Positions 57,374 through 64,000 of a stretch of DNA of 64,000 bases are shown here, piece by piece. The position numbers were made by a program, and so were the translations under genes. Each line of letters begins with the position of its first letter. The first letter of the stretch is position 1. Below the pieces are notes generated by a model. The model had not been told where the DNA came from and searched no databases. It saw nothing but the letters and a program-made list of their open reading frames with translations. Source of the DNA: the human T2T-CHM13v2.0 reference genome, Homo sapiens; assembly GCF_009914755.1 (NCBI RefSeq), contig NC_060931.1, one strand, 5' to 3'.

Positions 57374-57741
57374 TTTTTGTTTGTTCGTTTGTTCGTTTGT
57401 TTTTGTTTTTGTTTTTTGGGGTTTTTTTTGTTTGTTTGTTTGTTTGTTTGTTTTGAGAAGGAGTGTCTCACTCAGTCGCCCAGGCTGGAGTGCAGTGGCG
57501 CAATCTCGGCTTGCTGCTGCAATCTCCGCCTCCCAGGTTCAAGTGATTCTCCTGCCTCAGCCTCCTGAGTAGCTGGGACTACAGGCGCCCGCCACCACAT
57601 CCCGGCTAATTTTTTGTATTTTTAGTAGAGATGGGGTTTCACCGTGTTAGCCAGGATGGTCTCAATCTCCTGACCTCGTGATCTGCCCACCTCAGCCTCC
57701 CCAAGTGCTGGGATTACAGGTATGAGCCACCTCGCAGAGCC
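57374..57741 (-). mobile_element. Alu, AluSc8/Y-like, with ~80-nt (GTTT)n-derived tail
   Basis: 'ccgtgttagccaggatggtctc...cctgacctcgtgatc' with 'gttcaagtgattctcc'; TSD remnant ctctgtg on both sides. Confidence 0.92.
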
Positions 57742-58048
57742 TACTCTCTGTGTTCTTTACTCAGTAGGGCTCTAGTTCGTGAAATAGACACATTTCATAA
57801 AAGAAAAAGGGAAGAGAAAATTACATGGCTAATTAAAAGAAATCTAAGTCTAGGCTGCAGTTTGCATTGTCACACAAAATTCACTTAAATGTGTTACACT
57901 TTTAGGCAAAATGCCATTATAATAATTTTATGTTGACCTGTGTTGCCCTCCAATTTCATGCATCAGTAAGGGCCTAGTGGAAGGCTTATTTAGTTTCAAT
58001 TTCCTTTGTTTTCTGTATGGTAATTCTGACTCTTTAAACCAAGAATTT

Positions 58049-58106
58049 TCAAGGAGCAAAAAGATAAAAAATCATTATCAAGGAGCAAAAAGATAGAAAA
58101 ATCATT
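58049..58106. repeat. ~29-bp tandem duplication
   Basis: tcaaggagcaaaaagata(g)aaaaatcatt x2. Confidence 0.9.
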
Positions 58107-58280
58107 TCTATTATTCAGACAAATTTTTATTAAGTGAAGCATATTTTAATGACTGAGGCACAGAATCACAAAAATTATTTTGAAATATAGTGAGACACAT
58201 TTTGACTTAGGGATTTTATTTCCTTTATCCCTTAGGAGGAATGTGTATATGGCTGTTTATCCTGTTATCTGTGAATACCA

Positions 58281-58805
58281 TGTGACAACTAAAGAATAAA
58301 AATATCAAACTTTTAAAGAATTAAAGTTAGTTTTATTCCAAAGCCTGACTGAGGACTATAGACTGAGGCCTATAGCCGGGAGCGCTGCTGCTGCACACTG
58401 TTGCAGCCACGGCTTTTACACAGGTTGTGGAGGTTCAGTATGTGCAAAATCACATCAGATTCACTCAAAAGTTACGTTAAAGTAGAAACACATCGAGGTT
58501 TGGGTGTGAGAGTCTATCTAACTACAGATGACTAAAGTACATTGGTTATAGATTACAGAAGCATAAACACTAACCCCATCAGATGTTATCTTATCTGTAA
58601 GAAAAGGCAAAGATTGGGGTCATTTGTCTTCTAGGGAATACAGTGACTTAGGCAAGAGACGTGGGGGCTTTGTGCTGTATCCTCTTTTGTCTTCAAAGCC
58701 TCCCTCCAGAGAGTTGCACATTGTCGCAGAGTCAGGAGCTTGTGAAATTACAGTGGCAAACAGAAACGAGCAAACATGCCTTCCTACATTTACCACTTTG
58801 TCTCA
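58281..58805 (-). mobile_element. MER34-family solo LTR (ERV1)
   Basis: reverse complement begins 'tgagacaaagtggtaaatgtaggaaggcatgtttgctcgtttctgtttgccactgtaatttcacaaagctcctgactctg'; 'tacc' near both ends. Confidence 0.75.
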
Positions 58806-59023
58806 TACCTTTTTCTGCTTAAGCCACATAGTGTTTTGTTCAGATGAGATAACCGCTTGACTGAACCAGAGCTGGGCCTTCTCTTGGCTGGATGCAGAGG
58901 ATCTTGGAGATCGTCTGTGGCCCTTACTACACCAGCATCCAAACTGTTATAGACTGTTATAGAGCTTCTAACTACCACAGAATATTCTGGTATGCTTACA
59001 ACAGCTGCACGTATTCATTCTTC

Positions 59024-59058
59024 AATTGCATAATTGTGCAATTGCACAATTGCACAAG
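59024..59058. promoter_or_regulatory. cluster of four overlapping C/EBP-type motifs / 20-bp palindrome
   Basis: ATTGCATAAT, ATTGTGCAAT, ATTGCACAAT, ATTGCACAAG at 8-bp spacing; binding not demonstrated. Confidence 0.4.
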
Positions 59059-59988
59059 TTTCTTTGGAAGAGAGGGAAACTTGAACCCTATTGAGAGGTA
59101 GGGTCCAGACCAGAAGAGCCGTGTTTGATAACCTCAGGACAGTGGGCCTGTTGGAAGCCAGAATCAAGGGAGAGGCAAGGAGGAGCCCCTGAGAGACAGG
59201 AGACAGTTGGGGGACTGAGGAAGAAATATGGCAGCAGAGACTGAGGGCAGAGTGGAGCCTGGCACCAGGAGGAGCAGGTTCCCAGTTCATTGTGATGCAC
59301 CTGGCGGCTCCCCTGGGGCCTTCCCCACCCAGAGTGTTCCTCTTTCTCAAATGCCTACATGCTTTGTCCTGGAAACAACAGAGCCCCAGCAACTCCATAG
59401 TGGGGCTCCTCTTCTGAAAGAGGCAGAAATGAGAAGAGGAAGATGCTGGGGGTTCAGCAGCCGAGGTGCATGTGGTGCAGGCATTCAGTCCAATTAAACA
59501 GGCACCCAGAGTCAGGGTGGAGACTGATGGTCTGGAGGAAGAAGCAGCAACCTTCAACAAAATCAGATTCTGGTCCATGCAAGCTAAACTTCATTCCCTT
59601 AGGGGATGCTATTCAGCTCCCTAATTTAGTAGAATAACTTCTGATGACCAATAAAAAGGAGCCTATATACACACAGGCTGAGGAGACTTAGTGTGATAAG
59701 ATGGTAGATGCCTTCTGATCGGATTCCATTAATGCCGAGATCCTTAAAGTGTAGAGATCTGAGCCATTATCTTCACAAGTATTGTAAGTGCCAATCTGAT
59801 ATTTTTTTCCCACAAGGAAAACACTTTTTTATTTATCATTATAAAAGTGTGTTCATCTAAGAAAATCATGTATGTATCATATATTTCATATTTCATATGT
59901 TTATATATATTTATCTACCTATCTATTAATATCTATCTATTTATCTATATAATTTCACCTTCCAGAGATAACTACTCTTAATGTCTTC

Positions 59989-60703
59989 TGTTGGGGAAAT
60001 ATAATTAAAAACAAAATCTCCCACCTCAGAAATCCTCTCCATAAATGTAATAACAACAACAACAAAAAGCAGTTTTATTATCAAACAAGCATTAAACCAG
60101 AATGTAATACACATCATAGGCAATCACTGAAAGATTGCGAAGATAGGAAGAAATCTCACCCCCCCATATAGCCAAATAGGTACAACCCATTGCATGTTTT
60201 CAAGATAAACAATAACTTGTCTTTAAGTAGAAGGACTTGGCAGCAACTTTGTCACACATGGTTCAGCTAAACTTTAACTGGTAATTGGAGTGACTATTTG
60301 TGTTACCCTATTGGCTTCATCCAGAGGGAAAATAAACTTCATATTTTTGAGACAAGAGGTAGCTTTACAAGTTGGAGCCAGAGGCTCATGGAAGTTAAGC
60401 TCCTGCCTTCCCATAGAAATTGGGAGAGTGGAGCACCATCTTCCTCGATGTTTGCATTTCATAAGGATGGCCCCCGGGTCCTTGAGAAAAACATCCTGGA
60501 TCATAAAGCTGACAAAGGGCCTATCTAGCTTTCAAAAGGATTGATATACATTGCAAAACAAGGAGAAAGTATTTACAACGATCTCTTTTCTAAAGCAAAT
60601 GCTCTTTAAAAAAGGACGGGGTGGGGGTGGAGAGAAAAGTGTCTTCCTGGTTTTCAATGGGGAGAATTAAGCCTCTTACTTTTACTTTTTATTTGTCCTT
60701 ACA
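59989..60703 (-). mobile_element. ERV1 solo LTR, MER67-like (715 bp)
   Basis: TG...CA ends, perfect 4-bp TSD cttc (59985-59988 / 60704-60707), internal homology to the LTR at 47394-48327; subfamily tentative. Confidence 0.75.
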
Positions 60704-60747
60704 CTTCCTAATTATGCATCCTGAATTCTGATGGCCTCTTACTAGAT

Positions 60748-60796
60748 GTACTGCTTTTATCTCAATAGTAGTACCTGCTTTTATCTCAATAGTAGT
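60748..60796. repeat. ~24-bp tandem duplication
   Basis: gta(c)ctgcttttatctcaatagta x2. Confidence 0.9.
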
Positions 60797-61559
60797 TTGT
60801 GAATATCTTTCTAAGTAAATGTAACTAAATCAGTGTGAGGGCAACAGAAAAAATAAGCTTCTACCAGGGCAAAACTTTGACTATCCATGTGTCTGAGGCA
60901 GAGACTCACACATAGTAGGAGCCCAATATATATTTGATAGTTGTTACTTTATTTCCAGTCTCATGGGGAACAGAAATAATTTTGCCTGAGAGGAATTGTG
61001 ACTAGTAATAACATAATTTCAGGGGATCATCCCAAATCCTTCTTGCAACAAATAGATTATACAAAAGATAAACACTGTGGAGTGAGTTCAGAGCAAGGCT
61101 TAGCATATAAGAAGTAGCTAAAAATCGTAATGAATTGGAAAACAGGGAAGGCTGCATTTTATAGTGCTTTGCCACCTGGAAATTGAAACAAAGGCAGAGC
61201 CACCTAGAACCAGTGCCAAAGCAAATCCAAAACTTGGCATATGCCAAAATATATTACCTCTAAACTCTGTAGTTTCCATTCTTTCATACTTCATTAGCAT
61301 ATCTAGGAAGTAAGATCTATTTGCAGCACTTTGAAAAAAATAAATAAATGACATGTAGTTTTTCTTTTCCAAGACCCTAAAAGTTTGTTCTTGAAGATCA
61401 GTTGTATTTATGCATATAACATACTCATATATCATTCAGATTTTTATGTTCAGTCAACTTGTGTTAGAATATGAAGGAGTAAACTTCTCATCAACTCCCT
61501 GGCTTGCCTTCTACCTTAATGATATTTTAAACTTACTGACAAAGGAAAATTTAAAGTGT

Positions 61560-61900
61560 GGATATTATTAGTTTAATCAATACTCATTGGATTGTACAGC
61601 GTAAGCCAGACACTGTACTAGGCATCAGAGATGCAGTGATGAGTGTAAGTAATCACAAGTATGCAAACAATAGTGATTAAGCGTGATTTTTTTTTTAAAG
61701 CATGGTAAATACCTCATGGAGATGGTGTTAATGTAAGGTACGGAACCCTAATTGGCCTAAGAGTTTCAGGGAAGGCTTACCAGAGAAAGCGACTTTAGAT
61801 TCAGATAAAGCATAAATAGGAGTTAAATCAACATGGGTGAAAAATTGTGCCAGGCAAAGGGAGCAGCTATCCTAAGATCTGTAGGTGAAGGAGAAATCAC
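61560..61900 (-). mobile_element. L2 fragment
   Basis: 'aagccagacactgtactaggcatcagagatgcagtgatgag...tcagggaaggcttaccagagaaagcgacttt'. Confidence 0.7.
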
Positions 61901-62339
61901 TGTGCTCCAGCCTCTACCGCATTCTTCCTGCTTTTGGACAGAAAATTAGGAATGTGATGAGACAAGCTTCTTGGGGCCCACTGAATTAATTCCCATACAC
62001 TTACCCTATTGAAAATTCTGGATAACAAGATTTATGCCATAGTTTGATTGGCAATGGCTTACATTTTAACTGTTGACTTCTTTGCATTTAAGAGATGTTA
62101 GGCATGATTTTACATCAGCACACTAGTTAGGAAACGAAAGGAAAAGGGACTAGTAAAAGAGTCCAAAAGAGAGGGGTATGAGAAAAGGAGCTTTACCTAC
62201 TCCAAGAGGGGTACAGCTTCAAGTTGATAGGATTAATCAACATTGTCACACATAGTTCTGGGGAGTTCATAGTGAGATAAAGACTATGGACTTGGATGTA
62301 TTTTAATGAAGCAGGTTGTAGTGGGGATTCTTTTGTTCT

Positions 62340-62560
62340 TTTGTCTGATGGGAATACAAGCTCCAGAGACAGTCCTACTCTTTCCTTCTAATCTGGGCTC
62401 CATCTTACATGTCATCTTTTTTGTCCCAAAGTTTTTCACCTGTAAAAAGAACTAATGTTAGTACCAAGCTCAGCAGGTGCTGCAATGATTACATGTGTAA
62501 GTATATACAAAGCAGTTAGAATAGTGTCTGGTGCATATAAAGTGCTCAATAAAATTATTA
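62340..62560 (+). mobile_element. MIR
   Basis: 'tttttcacctgtaaaaagaactaatgttagtacc...aaagcagttagaatagtgtctggtgcatataaagtgctcaataaa'. Confidence 0.75.
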
Positions 62561-62639
62561 TTTAAAGTCAGATAAATCTTCTGTCATATTCAGGACTTCT
62601 GACAGGTTTATGTCCATCACGCAATTATCTTTCAATAGT

Positions 62640-63050
62640 ACAGATATAATTATATGATTCTCCCCATCACCTGCCAAATGAAAAAAAAAAAAGGGCTCTT
62701 TAGCTTGGCATATAATGGCTTTAATGAGCTGGCCCACCTATCCTGTTTCATTCCTCATGATTACCTTCCCCCTGCCTGCTGCTATACCAGCCTTTTCAAA
62801 AGCAGGTCTCTCTGATTCTGTTTATAATCCTGCCTGAATAGCAGACTATGCACCTTCTTCAAGTGAAGCCTTCTTTCCTGACTCTTCTTTTCTGCAGGCC
62901 AGAGCACATCCCTTGCTTTCATACACTGTCCCTGTCCCTCTCTCTTTGTTGCAGTGCAGCAGCATAACAGGTTGCATGTCTCACTCATCTTCCCTTGTTC
63001 AGAATGTAGTACCTCATGTGTGCTCAGGAAGTGTGTATGGCATGAATGGA
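62640..63050 (+). mobile_element. L2 3' fragment
   Basis: 'ttctccccatcacctgcc...ctctttagcttggcatataatggctt...tgtgctcaggaagtgtgtatggcatgaatg'. Confidence 0.5.
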
Positions 63051-63069
63051 CAAAGCTACGTGGATTGAG

Positions 63070-63175
63070 CTTTTGTTTTACAAATGGAGAAATAAAGAGA
63101 CGTAGTCATTTGCCTAGAGTCACAAAGTAAGCAGAAGACTGGAAACTTGGACCTGGGTTTTGACTCCTAGGGCCC
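63070..63175 (-). mobile_element. MIR fragment
   Basis: 'ttttacaaatggagaaataaagagacgtagtcatttgcctagagtcacaaagtaagcagaagactggaaacttggacctggg'. Confidence 0.65.
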
Positions 63176-64000
63176 TGGCCAGAGAATTTCTGTGGCCACA
63201 TCTGATTTTTTGTTTGTTTGTTTTTGTGTTGTTTAAGTGATGTGGGAAATAATATAAGATATAAAGCTGTTAGGCTTTGAGTTCTTGTGTAAATATAAAA
63301 ACTTCTGGTTCCAAAGCCTTGTGTATGGTCTTCTTAGCCTTTATGCATGTCTTCTTAGGAAATTTGTAAGAGCAGTCATTTCTGGAAAGTGGAATTGCAA
63401 GTGCCCTTTATTTTCATCTGTTTGCTTGTCCAGCATCTTCTAGTTTTTCTAGACTAAACATATATTTGTTTTATAATCAGGTGTGGGAAAAGGGAGCTTA
63501 AATGTCTAAATTAATTTTTATTCCAGGATTATTAAGAGATTGTTTTTGCATCATGGAATGTCTTCTGCCTTTTGATATTTCCTCATTTTATAATGGTCCT
63601 TTTATGTATCTGAGGGGCCTGTGTCTGGGCCTATTTCTACTTCACTGTACCAGGTGAACTTCTTTACCAAGCAATAAAGTCAGAAATGGTATATTAATCA
63701 CCTATGTCCTTAAGGAGTGATAATAAATAGTAATTAGTGTGAAAATATATTCTCTTAGGAAAACGGTCATATTATACATTTGCATTTTATCTGGACTTCA
63801 TCTAGCCAGGATTCCACTGAGGGCACTTAAAGGATCACACAACTTGATTTTCTTCTCTGCTGTGACACAATAGCCTCACTTTGCATTCGTTTCACAATCT
63901 GGGATCATTATCCAAGCTCAGTAAGAATCAATTTCTCATAGATGATTGCCTGAATCACTGCCAGCTCAGCCACATTTTTTACATCATTTACCAGGAAGTA

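Noticed and set aside
59015-59578. Longest ORF (187 aa, - strand)
   Set aside because: Ser/Leu/Pro-rich with no recognisable domain or splice/promoter context; lies in a GC-richer, possibly old LTR-derived patch where stops are rarer

Overview
Primate (very likely human) nuclear DNA: AT-rich, CpG-depleted and repeat-rich. It holds 11 Alu-family copies (FLAM_C, J, S, Y), fragments of L1M, L2 and MIR, solo LTRs (MLT1A, MLT1J-like, MER31-like, MER34-like, MER67-like), hAT MITEs (MER3, MER5B) and several microsatellites. I found no recognisable protein-coding exon, RNA gene, pseudogene or CpG island. The listed ORFs look like chance ORFs or Alu/L2/LTR read-through. Most L1 and LTR remnants lie on the - strand, which fits (inference only) a large intron of a + strand gene; I cannot name the locus. 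I did not find a new multi-gene biological system. The most unusual signals are structural: (i) three separate short diverged duplications only 1.3-2.6 kb apart, one of which splits an L2 element as a templated insertion would; (ii) a fold-back inverted duplication inside a MER31-like LTR that is absent from the related LTR in the same window; (iii) several perfect inverted repeats in apparently unique DNA, including back-to-back hairpins at 30100-30158; (iv) four overlapping C/EBP-type sites built from an 8-bp repeat; (v) well-preserved retrotransposition fossils (twin-primed L1MB with 17-bp TSD, an ~90-bp AluY stub with 15-bp TSD) and an orphan T48. Repeat subfamily names come from remembered consensus sequences, and boundaries of old repeats are approximate.
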